Both the position numbers and the translations under genes were made by a program. The notes below the pieces were generated by a model. It made no database searches. It was not told where the DNA came from and worked only from the letters and a program-made list of their open reading frames with translations. A stretch of DNA of 63,678 bases, the filler included. It is 11 parts of 11 records of this genome, joined end to end, with 100 filler letters (N's around TTAATTAATTAA, not from the genome) between each part and the next. Parts side by side here need not be neighbours in the genome. Positions count along the whole stretch, not along the records: positions 6,155 to 17,724 come from SRR15195285_1642; positions 17,825 to 25,149 come from SRR15195285_1662; positions 25,250 to 31,203 come from SRR15195285_1664; 8 more parts are not named here. One strand, given 5' to 3'. Positions 12,844 to 25,533 of this stretch are shown in pieces (positions within the stretch are counted from its first letter, which is position 1; each line of letters begins with the position of its first letter).

Positions 12844-14073
12844 ATGGGCGTGCGTGGTGTCGTGTGCGTGCTGGCGGTGGGGTTGTATACCTGGCTCAGG
12901 GGCGGGCATGGGGGCGTCAGCAGCCGGCGGCTCGTCGAAGAAGTCCATCCCGCAGCGCTTGCGGCTAATGAGACAATGATCAAGAGCCAACGAGCGGGAG
13001 TGCGTCCCAGTCCACCTTCGACCTTCGGGTACTATACTGCGATTTTGCCACAAACTCGTATATTTTGTCTGTACAACACAGCTTTTAATGCGAGTTTTCA
13101 AATGCAAATTCTGACTTGATTGGTGAAAATGTATGGGAGGCCCCCCTGGGGGTCTCGATCTCATCGAAGACCTCCAAGACAAACATGAGTCGAAGAGAGC
13201 CAACGAGGTGAGATGAGTGGATTGACGTGTGGCATCATGTGTCGGACGAGGAATCTCGAAACATTGCGAGTTAGTCAAAGAAACGGTGGGATTGTGAGGT
13301 CACTGTCATTCACAGTGGCTTTGTCCAAATTCGACTCTCACCCAAACGTCGGTGTGATGGGCCATGATTGTGCTGTCATAATTTCAATTTAGTCAAATTA
13401 ACGGTATGAAACTTCACTCATTCAAGATCGCAGTGTGTTTGTCCAAACTATCGATCACAAGCCAATCCGTCTGGCGATTTGGCCCCTTCTGATTTGGGAG
13501 GGAAATTTTTTTGGAAAGACGGCGGGTTGGATCCCGACTCGTACCGGAAAATCCTTGCATTATACAATCACGAATCAGGCTCCAGTGACGCAGTGAGTGC
13601 CTGATTCATGTCTTAGAAAATGCAGTGTTGTCAATGCGATTTCCAACTTAGGTCTCTGCTGATTCACCGATTGCGTCCAGGAGTCGAGAATTAATTCTGG
13701 CAGTAGTTCAGTGTAGGAATTCCAACCTGAGTACCGGTACAGTGAATCATGGGTTAGATGGTCATTCTGAGTTTGTTTTTGCAATGAACCCAGCCGCATT
13801 TTGTACATTGAAGACTCATGTGGACGAGTCGCAACTACTATCTAGTAGCATGTTTCCTCATGTGAAGTCGTCGTTGTACGGATGCGCGCAGGATTGATGT
13901 ACGATGACGGTGCAAGTTGATCCAAAGCAATACGATCAACACGGTGTAGAATGGTGGTGGGCAGCTCGGAGATGTCGTCAGCAAAACAGGGTCCTCTGGC
14001 TCCGCCACGTGGCGGTGACGCGGAGCCGGCAGTGGAGGAAGAAGCAGAACCTGAAACTACTATGCTTCAATGA
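12844..14073 (+). CDS. Probable multi-exon gene of unknown function with an N-terminal hydrophobic segment; exon structure unresolved
   Basis: ATG 12844 gives MGVRGVVCVLAVGLYTWL. Coding-like stretches (e.g. GKFFWKDGGLDPDSYRKILALYNH near 13500-13590) end at donor-like GTGAGT/GTGAGA. No family recognised. Confidence 0.35.
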
Positions 14074-14114
14074 GCTTTCCACACACGCAACCATGCCATG
14101 CAGTACTAGCAAAG

Positions 14115-17100
14115 TCAGACAAGCAGTGCATTGACTGGCCCATTGATCGTCGGCCCAGTCCACTGCTCGTGCAGGCACTTGGCCGTGTAGTCGGCGCAGC
14201 ACTGCGTCTGGAAGTTCCATCCCGCCGGCACACTCGGGGCGAGCCAGTCCGAGCTGCTGCAAGAGGTCTGCAGTGGGTTGCTCGATTTGCATGCTGTCCC
14301 TGCTGTGTTTGAGCAGCTGGAAGTTGCGAGGTCGGTGACAAGGCTGCCGTTTACGAGCGTCGCGGAACCGAGAATTTCCACGCCCGTCGCCGCATTGCTC
14401 TTGGTCGCCGCAACCTTGGCAACAGCGACATCTGCGCTGGCCGATGAGTTCTCGCTCGAGAGCATCGCGTACTGGTGGCCCACCTCGAGCTGTAGCGGAG
14501 TTGAAAGCGAACCGTACCAGAAGCCCAGCTCGTCCCCAGCTGTAGCTGTTGTTGACTCAACTGCGTCGCCAAGGCTGGCTGCTGCGCGTGACTGGTCGCG
14601 CAAGTGTGCTCCTGCAAGATCCACAAACGTGCTAGCGATCAGCTTCGTCTGGTTACTTTGTGCAGGCAGTGTCAGGCCTGTAATGTCGAGTACGGTAAGC
14701 ATATGCCTGTTGCTAGAGCCGGCAGTTTTCCACCTGCCAAGCTTGTGCACCGTCACTCCTGGCGCCGTGCAATTAATCACCATCCCAACGTCAAAACGGA
14801 AGCCACTGGAGCCTTTCACAGCCCCAACTGGTTGGAGCACACTGCACGGGACGCCGAACGGCGAAGCCAATACGTCTCCGAGAATCGACCCTGGTGCCAG
14901 TGTGGGTGGTGGGAGCTCGCTGATCTCCAGATTGTCAAAGAGCATCTCGTTGTACGAGCCGCCGAGAGCTACTGGGCCGTTGGTGGACATGGCATCGGTC
15001 CGCAGCTCGCTGAATAGAGAGTAGCCATCGAATGCGCCCGAGAGGCTCACACCGCTGAGGTTGAGCTGCAGAGAGTGCCATTCGCCTGCAGGAAATGCCC
15101 CGGTGGGTAGCGCGCCGTGAGCGAGGGCGAATGCGCCGTGGAGCGCTGCACCTCGGCTGCCACGCGGGTCTTGCTTTCCTATTTGGAGACCGGGCGCACC
15201 ACGCAAGGTCCAAGAGCCATTGGTGTAGGCCTCTATACAAAGCGCACGCTGCGCGGTGGCTTGGCTGAACCAGTTATAGTAGAATCGAGCGCAGACTGAT
15301 GCGTACACCGGTGCAATGCTCGCATGGCGAGCCTTGGTTGAGAGGCACGAACCGCCGGGGCTGATTAGCTGACCCGCCGAGTGCTTCCACTGCTGACCTT
15401 TTGCGTCGCAAGGCAGCAGCCGAGCAACTTGCTCATTTTCACCTACTCTCATCTCAGCCTCGGCCGACAGCTGAACGACATCTTCGACGCACAATTTGCT
15501 GGCTTCATGCGTCAGTGCTCCCATCGATGACAGCTTGAACAGCTGGCAGCGCAATGGTGTAGTTGCATCATCGCAGTCGAACATTCTTAGTTGAGAGTCG
15601 TCGCATCCGTACGCACCGAGACAGGTTTCATTCTTCTGCGAGATGCGGCACGCACCGCTGTTATCGCAGCTGTCAAAACTCCATTCGTCCAGCCACCCAT
15701 TCTGACAAGGCATCAGGGACGCAGCTGTGGGTGCCTTGTCCTCTGTCTCAATCGGGTTCTTCACTACCTGAAAGTCCACGGAGACGGAATAGTGGCTCCA
15801 GTTGTGACTGCCGATTACCGTAATCGGATCCTGATCGAAGATCCAGCCATTTCTGCACAGCAGGTTTTGACAGTGAGTTAGTAAAGTCGCGTGCGAGAAA
15901 ACAGATCAAGAAAAGTCGAGAGTAGAAACAAGTCGAGAGAAAAGTACGTACCCGATGGTTGGGTCTCGCGTGACGCGCTGCTTCATGGCGTTGCCGCCCT
16001 GGGCAGACGGTCCATTTCCTGAGCCAGCCTCGATTGAGAACGAACCGCTCTGATCGCACATGTAAGGTGCCAGGGTGTCGTTCGCCAAGCCTTCAAAGTC
16101 TTGTGAAAACGGCAGCGGAAAGGCAGTGCGCGGCGGCACCGCCCCGTGCGAGCCCTTTTTGGCGGTCGTGATGGTCGACAGGGTGTAGATCGAACCGGAT
16201 GCCAGCGAGAGCTGTACAGACTGCGAACCCTGGACCGCGGCAGTACCAGACGCCCCAGCTGTAGGCGGTGGCACGGTGATCTCTCCTGGGACGCGCTGAA
16301 AGTGGGAGGTAATATTCGAGTGCCAGAGCTGCAAGGAGCAGCCGCGAGGGCAGAACCCACCCTTCAGTGCGACGGTGACGTTCTGCATGGCTGTGATAGG
16401 TGGCGCGTCCTCGCCGGAGACCGGGCAGCTGGCTCTGCCACTAGTCTGCAGCAGCATGGTCCAGTCAGTGGCGTTCTTGTCCGAGACAAGAGTCAAGTAG
16501 CTCCCCCCGCCGGTTAGGTTCCCCCGCGCGTCACCATCCAGATACTTCCAGCCAATCTGGCTGAATTGCGTCCAGTGTGCGACAGTCCACAGTGCTGACT
16601 GCTGATTGGCCCCCTGTGGCTCGAGCGTGTAATGCCCGCTCCAGGGTTCAAACGCGAAAAAGATCCCCGAGCCCCCGTCAACGAAGTCCGGGTAGGGCGC
16701 CGACCAGATGAGCGCCCACGCGATGGCAGACGTCTGGTTCATTCCAACAAAGTCGCTCACCAGCGTCGTCGCCCAGTCGTTGGAATGATCCTCGCTTTGC
16801 CAGACCTTGATGGTGGGCTTGTGCTCAGCGAGTGCCTCGTAGCCGGGCTCTCCGAAGCTCGGGCAGCAGTAGTGGTAGCCCAGCACGTCGACGGCCTTGC
16901 GGAACTCCGCGTCGGTGGCCCAGGCAGAGAGTAGCGTGGGGTCCAGCCCACCGGCACCGCTCATTTGGGGTGCGTCGTCAAACGCCACGATGTGTGTGGC
17001 CGCGAAACCCGCAGAGTCCAGCGCCTTACGCAGCGACTTCGTATAGTTCGCGCCGCCCCACGTATCGCCGCGCCAGTGGGGCTCGTTCCACAGCCCAAGA

Positions 17101-17708
17101 TAGTCCACTATAGTCCCATTGGCAGCTATCTGAATGCACTCAAGCCACTTGACCAAGTACATGATCGAGTCGTTGGACCAGTAGTCACCGCCTCCGACCC
17201 ACGCCGGCATGCCCCACGGCAATCCATACGTCGCGATATCTGGGTTGCGCGCCTTTGCCTCACGGATGAGCCAGGCCGCGTTCCCCCGGAAACAGCCGTC
17301 GTGATCGTGACGGTGGTGCATGTGACTTGGGCCTGTGCCATCGGTGCTCTGAGTGTCTCCAGCTACCTCCACCTTAAGCATGTGCAGGCTTGCCCCGAAG
17401 GACGGCAAAAACAGGTAGTCGAGGATCTGGCTGCGCTGCGGCTCGCGGTAGTCCATGAGCAGCCGCGACGAGCCAGCATCCGCGAGGCCTCCATGGCCAT
17501 CGTATTGAAACACAGGGCTGATCTGCGCGAGGTCGACGTCAAGCACCTGCGGCAGTTGTGAGGCCGCCGCCGCCACGGCTGTCGCCAGAAGCACGGCCAC
17601 CGTCAACGCCACCTCTGCTTTGCTGGGATTACTGCCAAGCATACGCATGAAACTAAGCGTGTACACCCGGCGGGACGCGGCCTGCCCCCTCTGGACCAGC
17701 ATGCGCAC
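14115..17708 (-). CDS. GH59 galactocerebrosidase-like glycosidase with inserted ricin-B-like lectin and a C-terminal beta domain; intron 15853-15951
   Basis: GALC-type motifs SRLLMDYREPQRSQILDYLF.PSFGASLHMLKVE..GD.QSTDGT.PSHMH. Catalytic WNE and SED present. The intron (GTACGT...TACTAAC...GTGCAG) joins the two ORFs as TIG|NGWIFDQDPITVIGSHNW. Ricin-like CD..QQW..GQLISPGGSCL. Exact start Met uncertain. Confidence 0.9.
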
Positions 17709-17824
17709 CGGTGACGGGGGGCGCNNNNNNNNNNNNNNNNNNNNNNNNNNNNNNNNNNNNNNNNNNNNTTAATTAATTAANNNNNNNNNNNNNNNNNNNN
17801 NNNNNNNNNNNNNNNNNNNNNNNN

Positions 17825-17852
17825 GTCAAACGTCAAACGTCAAACGTCAAAC
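17825..17852. repeat. (GTCAAAC)4 minisatellite at contig edge, probably intronic
   Basis: Four direct heptamer copies; on the minus strand they follow a GTACGT donor-like site. Confidence 0.8.
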
Positions 17853-20800
17853 GTACCACGGAAGGGCATGGCACGAGCGTAAACCGCAAAGAAGAAGAAT
17901 GAGATGATGCCAGCTGCAAAAGCCTGTTCTACAGAGCCTTGGCTGAAGAAGATGATGGCCCCGGCAAGTAGCATCTTCCGCACCAGTTCGATACACTCGA
18001 AGTAGTAAAACTCTGGTTTGTAGTCACGAGTGAGGAAAGAATATTTCTCCGAGCCCCCCTGCCACCATTTCTTCTTCTTGCGCTTTGCACGACCAGCACG
18101 CTTTTGCAGGGCAGATACTACCGCTGGTGGTAGCCCAGTCGAATCGATACCGCTATCTTTCTCGTCGTCCATCTTGTCGGTTGCGTCATTGGTCGAACCA
18201 AGCAGCAGAGCCATCCCAGATGCTTCAGTCGTCTCGTTCTTGAGCGTCTGACGATTAGCGTAGAGCAGAACAAAGAAAATCGCGGGCACTCCAACCGGAA
18301 AAGCGAACAGCATCACAAAAGAAAAATAGGAGAAGAGAATGTAATCGTCACTGTGACAGTCTACCTCGTAGTAATCTTGATGATAGCTCTCTCCCTCGTC
18401 CAAGTCACGGCATGCAAAGGCTCGGAACGAAGTCTTACTGAGGTACGGGTACAGCATGAAAATCGCAAAGAACGATCGGTTGAGCGCCGACTGATAGGCT
18501 GTGCCTTCCCTCTTCGCCTGTCTGCCAGACTGGGTGCAGAGACACAGCGTTGGTGGGAGGAACAGTAGTACGATGATCCCCGGCAGCAGCACCGCAGCAA
18601 GGGCTGTATTGACATACAGGCTCGTGTTGTAAAAGCAGTCGACTCGTATCAACTCGATAATGTCGAGGAAAATGATTTTGACGTAGCTCAGCATATGAGT
18701 AAACGCCGGCGGATATGTAATTGACAGCGTAAAAGGGAACGAGCCAACGACTTGAAAGAGCGAGACGGCGATCTTGAATTTCGTCTCCAGGCCAACGTGA
18801 CGCATCTCCTCACCCTCAGGCAGGCCAGCTGCTTGCATTTCGAGATGTGGCCTGAGGATCAGCCGCCACAGCAGAATCATTGGCACTGCAATGGCTGCGG
18901 CTACCGCCCCGTACCAGCTTTTACCGCCTCCTTGCTCGCTGCACTGGATGCAGCCTTCCGTTGTCCTATGCCATTGGGGAGCACAGATCGCACAGAGGAC
19001 GCCTGTCCATACAAAATTGAAGTCAGTTTTCTGTGTCTGAATAAGCACTGCGTTTGTACAAAATTGAAAAGTAATGGCAATTACCTGTGTATCCCTCCCT
19101 ACAACGCATCGAGAGCGAGCTGTTGGCTGGATCTTCGCCGAGGCAGGCTCCCTCATACGGGCACTTGAACAAGTTTCTTTCCGGTATAGCTATACTGTCC
19201 GATGCTGACTGCTCTTGCAGGCTGCCGAGCGTGCTTGCACTGGCGTTCGAAGAAACGCCAATGGTGTCCAGGTACCGCTCTCTGCCTTTCTTGCTGAGAG
19301 ACCATCCGTCTAGTGCAAATGGTATCCCGGCACTACACTCGGCGCAGCTCAGTCCGGGGCCGGGGAGATCCGAACATGTCATGCAGGCTCTTCCTTGCTT
19401 CGCATCGTGGATAGACAATTGCACGGAACTGTAGTCCGTCACAAAGCAGGACAGCAGGACATGTGACGAATCGAACGAGCCGATCGGAAATTGCGCCGAT
19501 CCACTTGGGCAGACGCATGCATCGCTGGCGACTGTAGGCACCATGGTTGGATCGCTGCAGCGAGCGCACGCCATCCCACTCCCATCATTGAACGTCCCCG
19601 CCTCACAAGCAACACATGCAGTGCGAGCATCGTTCGGTGCCTTGCCCGCTTCACATAAGATGCAAGCGCCACCGTCGGTGCTTACCCACGTCTGTTGGTC
19701 TCCCATCGCGAGTCGTTGACATAGTTCACACCCGTCTTGAGCAGCGTTGGGCTCCGAGCCCAAGGGACATCGCACGCAGCCACCATCCGCTGACCCGTAG
19801 TAACTGAGTGGGCAGACCATACTGAGACTGGCAAAGACGCTCTGCCCGGGTGCAAACCCTGATATTGCGTCATTGGAGACCTGCTCTTCAAGGCTAAGAA
19901 GTACGTCCGAAACAATTTTGTCCGCATCTTGCAGCATCACTGACCGAATCGCGAACTCGACTTCGATGGCCGGTGCTGGATGCACGATGAGTTCACCTAT
20001 TGGCGACCCAGCCACCGACACGTTCGGCGACAGCGCCGTGCGAAGAGCGTCTGCACCAACCATCGCATCGTCGGGGGGGCTGGGCGCGATGGTAAACGTC
20101 ACCACGATGCTTCCTGCTGCTATATGTGCGACCTGCACGCGGTCTTGCTGAATACCAAGCAGCGCAGCAATGTCACTGCCGAAGTCCTGAGCAAAGGCCG
20201 CTCGAGCAGACACGCTCGAGACGTCTTCGACATCGATAGACAAGCCAACGTCGGCCGTGCGGTTTGGCATTGCAGATCTGCCAACGACTTCGATGGCTTT
20301 GATCGGAATGTCCATTGCAGCCGCCATCGATATGACAATATCATCAGAATTTGCATCTCCGAGGACCTGCATAGTCAGCACTGCATCAGGCACAGCTGTG
20401 TCGGGCGAGTCGACTCTACAGGAAGTATCGTCATTTTCGGTGCTATTATCGCACACTCCACAGAGGTCCAATGCACTGAACCCGCCCCACACGCCTGCGC
20501 AGTCCCGAGCACAAGGTAGGTCAGTGCACTGACCACACTCATCGACCTCGCCAGGACCATTTGGCACACCGTAGCAGTCAGCGCAAGACGTGCTGTCACC
20601 AGCACACACGAGACATTCGTCGATTTCGGCGCTGCCGCCCCATACTCCAACACAGTCTAATCTGCAGTCATTCGTTGCGTTTGTGTCGCAGATGCCACAC
20701 GAATCGACGTTTGACACACCATTAGCCAAGCCGGCACAGTCTGCACATGTAGCTCCATCGTTCGTTGAGTTGGTATCACACACTGAGCAAGCATCCAATT

Positions 20801-23800
20801 CGGCCAGGCCTCCCCATGCACCAGCACAGTCAGGGGTGCAATCATTGGCGCTCACTGTGTCGCAGGTTCCACAGTTGTCGACAGTTGCATTTCCGTTCGG
20901 CACACCTGCACAGTCTGCGCACGAATCACTTGCTCCTCCACACACGCCGCACTCGTCGATGAGCAGATCGACGGAACCAGGCGCAATTCCTACGCCCGGA
21001 CCCGTTTGCCCTCTGCAGTTTGGAAGGCAGTCATTTTCCTCTGTGCTGTCACATGTGAAACAGTCGTCATAAAGCGACGGCCCTCTTGCTGCGAATACAA
21101 CTACTGCGCCATCTTCGCACTGCCATGTGCCTGCAGTTCCAACCCTCAACGGAATCTTGTCTGTCCGGCCACTACTAGCTCCATCCACTGAGCAATACAT
21201 CGGTTCCATATCTCCGGCGCAATCAGCACATGTACTGTTGTCGCCAGCACACACACCACAAATATCGACCACTGCGCTTCCCCCAACGTCACCATTGCAG
21301 TCAATAGCTAGCTCCACCGGTGTCCCCGCCAATACTTTATCTGGGTCAGCTCCTGTGGCTGAGGCAACAGCCGAGGAGAGCCCAGTTGCTAGGACATCCC
21401 ATTGCAGTCGCCGGCGGCGTCCTCCATCGGCCGATTTCTGGACTAACAACTCGAAATTGAATGAAACTGTCGGCTCCGGAGCTGCTGTCAGTTCCGTCGT
21501 GCCAAGTATCGTGATGAAATTGAGTTCTAGTCCAAGTGCAGCTGCTACAGACTCTCTCATCGCCTCTCGGGCGGCCTCGTCGAAGCTGCTCAATGATCCA
21601 GGTATATCAACGCTGATGCGAACAGCTTCACGACAAACGTCATTGCCACCACAGATTCCACAAGCATCAACGACTCTTCCTCCCCCAAGCTCCCCAGCAC
21701 AGTCCTGGCGGCAGAAGTCTCCCGGCTGCACACATAGCCCACATGCGTCAATCGTGGCTCCTCCCCGGACTACACCCGCGCAGTCTAGACAACTCTGTCC
21801 ATCGCCATGGCAAACTCCGCAGACATCTTCAACCGCGGCTCCTCCCCAGACCCCAGCGCAGTCCCGGAGGCAGGAGTCTCCCGGCTGCACACAATCCGCG
21901 CAGCGATCCACGATCGCGGGCCCGAAAGGAACGCCGCTGCAGTCAGCACAACTGCCATTGTCGCCATTGCATACGGAACATCCGTCTCGCACCGCTGCGC
22001 CACCCCAAACACCACTGCAATCACGCGTACATGTAGCCCATGGCAAACCGCATTCTCCACAGCGATCAATCTTTGACGCGCCATTTGGGATGCCTGCACA
22101 GTCTCGGCAGCTGCTGTTGTCGCCGTTGCATACAGAGCACGCATCTTGTATCGCTGCGCCACCCCAAACACCCAAGCAGTCTCGTTGACACCTATCGTCT
22201 GGACGGTTGCACATGCCACACCGATCAATCTTTGACAAACCGTTCGGGACCCCTGCACAATCTAGGCATGTGCTGTTGTCACCATTGCAAATCGAACACG
22301 CATCAAGACTCAAGCCACCATCTGTGTAAGGCACACCGTCGCACCCAATCAGCGCAGAGGTGTCTACTGGCTGTGGAAGTCCGCAACCCTGTGGACCGTA
22401 GCCACTGCCAACGAATCCGTCCAAGCACGCTTTGCATTCGAAGAAACCTTCGTGGTTAACACAGCCTTTGCTGTACCGATGACAGCAACCACACTCCGAG
22501 TCTACCGGATTTTGCTGAGCATCATACGTATAGCATGAGTCCGTAGTGTTTCCTGTGCAGATCCCACCTTGGGAGAAATCGGTAGAGTGCTGCGCGTTAC
22601 ACTCGTCAATGTCGATGCAAACCTGTGTCCCGTTTGCAGTGAACCCAGGCTTGCAGCGACAGTTGCTCCTGTCGAGTGGTCCTAGTGGCTCCGAATTAGG
22701 CCAGCATTCCTGGCAGCTGATGCCATCTGAACTGTATGCGTTCAGACCTTGGACGAGGCAAGAGTCACATCGGCTCTTGTCAGCAGAGGTTTCTGTTCCA
22801 GGAGCGCACTGCCGACACAAGTCGCCAATGCTGTATTCCCCGTCAGCGCATGAAATGCATTCGGTGTTATCGGAGTTGGGCATCTTGCCAGCAGTACAGT
22901 CGCTGCAGACAGCGCCGTTCATACTGATCTTGCCGACACGCGCACTGCTGAGTGTTCCATTCTCGACTCGCTCATTGTGCTGCCGAGACAGATGCGTGCA
23001 GGCAACACATCCAGCGGCTCCGGAAGGTAAAGTGGGCTGATGGCCGTTCGGGCAGACAGCACACTGCTTGCCGTCAGGGGAAAATTGGCCAACACATACG
23101 CTGCAGCCTGTCTTTGCGGGATTGACCGCATACCCTGATGGACACCTTTGACACTGCACACCGTCAGACGAGAAGTAATATGGATCCGATGCGTTGATGG
23201 CCCCACACAGCTCGCAACGGGCCCGATCTTCTGTTGGCTGATAGCCTGCGAGGCAACGTGCACAGCTCGAGCCATCGGTTGAGTGATACGGTCCACCGGT
23301 CAATGAAACCACGGCACCGTCTGCACCGACAACCTCGTAAAGTTTTGCTGAGCAGTTTGAGCATCCAGTTGCGTCTGCGAGGGGTTCCTGGCCAGGCAAG
23401 CAGTCGCGACAGAGAACCCCATCTGAGCTGAACTTTTTGCTTCGCCCGACACAAGTATCACAAACGCGCTTATCGTTCGATGGTTCCGAGCCTGCAGGAC
23501 AAGAACGGCACAGGTCGCCGACACTCACTTCGCCTGCCTCACACTCGACGCATTCAACCCGAGTTTCGTCCGGTTGTTTTCCTTCCTTGCACGCCACACA
23601 CTCACGGCCAAGCGGGCTGTGCAGGGCCCCACCGAACTTCTTGGGGACGCAAGAGTGGACCCCTGACGATTCGAGGCACCCAACAAACCCATCGCCCAGC
23701 AAGGCACAGAAGTCAGTGTCAATCTGGTCCCTTGACGCGTGCCGAGTGCATGCGCACGACACGCATGCTACGCGATCATCAGACGGCTGAGCTCCAGGCA

Positions 23801-25149
23801 GGCAATCCAGGCACACTCCGCCCTGACCAGCTTTACCACTTGGGCACTCCGCGCAACTGAACTTGTTGGCATCCGGTTCCGTCCCGTCTTGGCATCGATC
23901 GCATCGGCCACCTTGTCCTGCAAACCCGGCATCACATGGGCTGCAAGCATCACGCGATGCTGACGGGCTCTTTCCAGGGAGGCACTGGATGCAGGTCTTC
24001 TTATCTGTACTAACCATGCCAATCTCATCGTCTCTTAACCCACACTCGATGCACTCGTGGCCGTTCGGACTGTACATTCCAGCGAGGCAGGCTGTGCAGG
24101 CCGTTCGCTCTGAATTGGGCTCTGAGCCCTCGGCACAGTTCTCGCACACACCGCTTGTGCCGGCTGTACCAATACTACATGCGACACAGTTCTCGCAGGT
24201 ATCTCCATTGCAGTTTTCGTTCAACTGCAGTCCAGCGCCACAACGTGTGCATTGCTGTATTGACGGGTCGAAATACTCGTTCTGTGGACAGTTCTCACAA
24301 CCAGTACGCCCTGCGTTTGGCTGTTTTCCTGTTTCACACTGAGTGCACCTGGCTCCATCGGTTGAGTGCTTGCCAGCCTGACACGGGTTGCACATCCGAC
24401 GTTCATCGTCAGCTTCTCTTCCAGTGGCACATGCTACACACGGTTCTCCATACTCAGACACGAACTGCGGACCAGACAGATTGCAATCATCGCAGCTGGT
24501 CAGATCAGCTGACGGCTGTTTGCCTGGACCACAAGTGTAGCATGCAACGCCGTCATCACTGTATGCATTCAGCCCTTGAACAAGACAAGAGTCGCAGCGA
24601 CTTTGATCGCCAACAGGAGCTGTTCCAGGAGCGCAGCTCTTGCAGTCGTCACCGTCACTGTATTCCCCAGCACCACAAGACATGCACTCTGTGTTGTCAT
24701 CGTTTGGCATCTTTCCGGCGGCACAGTCGGCACAGTCGGCGCCGTTAATACTGACCTTCCCTACACGTGTGGTGCTAAACGTGCCGTCGTCAACCTGGAT
24801 GTTATGGTCGGCTGCAAGCTGTGAGCACGCTACGCAGGAGGCTGAACCCATCTGCGCAACTGCCTGCTGGCCGTTCGGACAGTCAGAACACATTTTACCG
24901 TCCGCTGAGAACTGGCCAACGCAAACATCACAGCCAGTTCGAAGAAGATTCGGCTGGGCACCAGCATCACAAGCAACACACTCAGCACCTGCGAAGCTGA
25001 CAAGGAAAGAATCTCCGACAGCCAAACACGACTCGCACGAAGTTCGTTCAAAGTTTGGCTGACTACCTGCCGGACAAGGCGTACAAGGGCCTCCAATAGC
25101 AGAAATCAAACCAATGCCAATGTCAGAGCAAGGCAGGCACGCGGTGCGA
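17853..25149 (-). CDS. Giant Cys-rich multi-pass membrane protein (CxxC repeats, EGF-like unit, DC.G..GG...D.CGVC.GD repeats, SEA-like spacers, C-terminal TM bundle); both ends truncated; intron 19003-19084
   Basis: The 2028-aa ORF stays open to the contig end. The intron (GTAATT...GGACAG) gives CREGYTG|VLCAIC and joins the TM region with KFKIAVSLFQV, FACRDL, GVPAIFFVLL and YKPEFYYFECIELVRKMLL, a tail typical of large protist Cys-rich membrane proteins. Confidence 0.85.
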
Positions 25150-25533
25150 NNNNNNNNNNNNNNNNNNNNNNNNNNNNNNNNNNNNNNNNNNNNTTAATTA
25201 ATTAANNNNNNNNNNNNNNNNNNNNNNNNNNNNNNNNNNNNNNNNNNNNGGGGGGTTCACACCCGCTGTGGGCGCGGAGCGCCGCGGACGACGGACCAGC
25301 GCACGCGAGTTGCGTGCGACGATGCATCGGATTCGTTGCAGTCCGGCGTCGCGATGCACGGCGGGGACGGCAGCAGGATCGTGACATGTCGATCCCCAAC
25401 GTCGGCCTGACGTGATTAGGCGGCGGGCGTCTCGCCACCCTGGCAGCACGCCTGACGTGTCGGGCCCTGGGAGGGTGGTCGCCGTCGGGGTAGCGAGACA
25501 GTGGCACTGCCAGACACTGTCGGGTGTCGGCCG

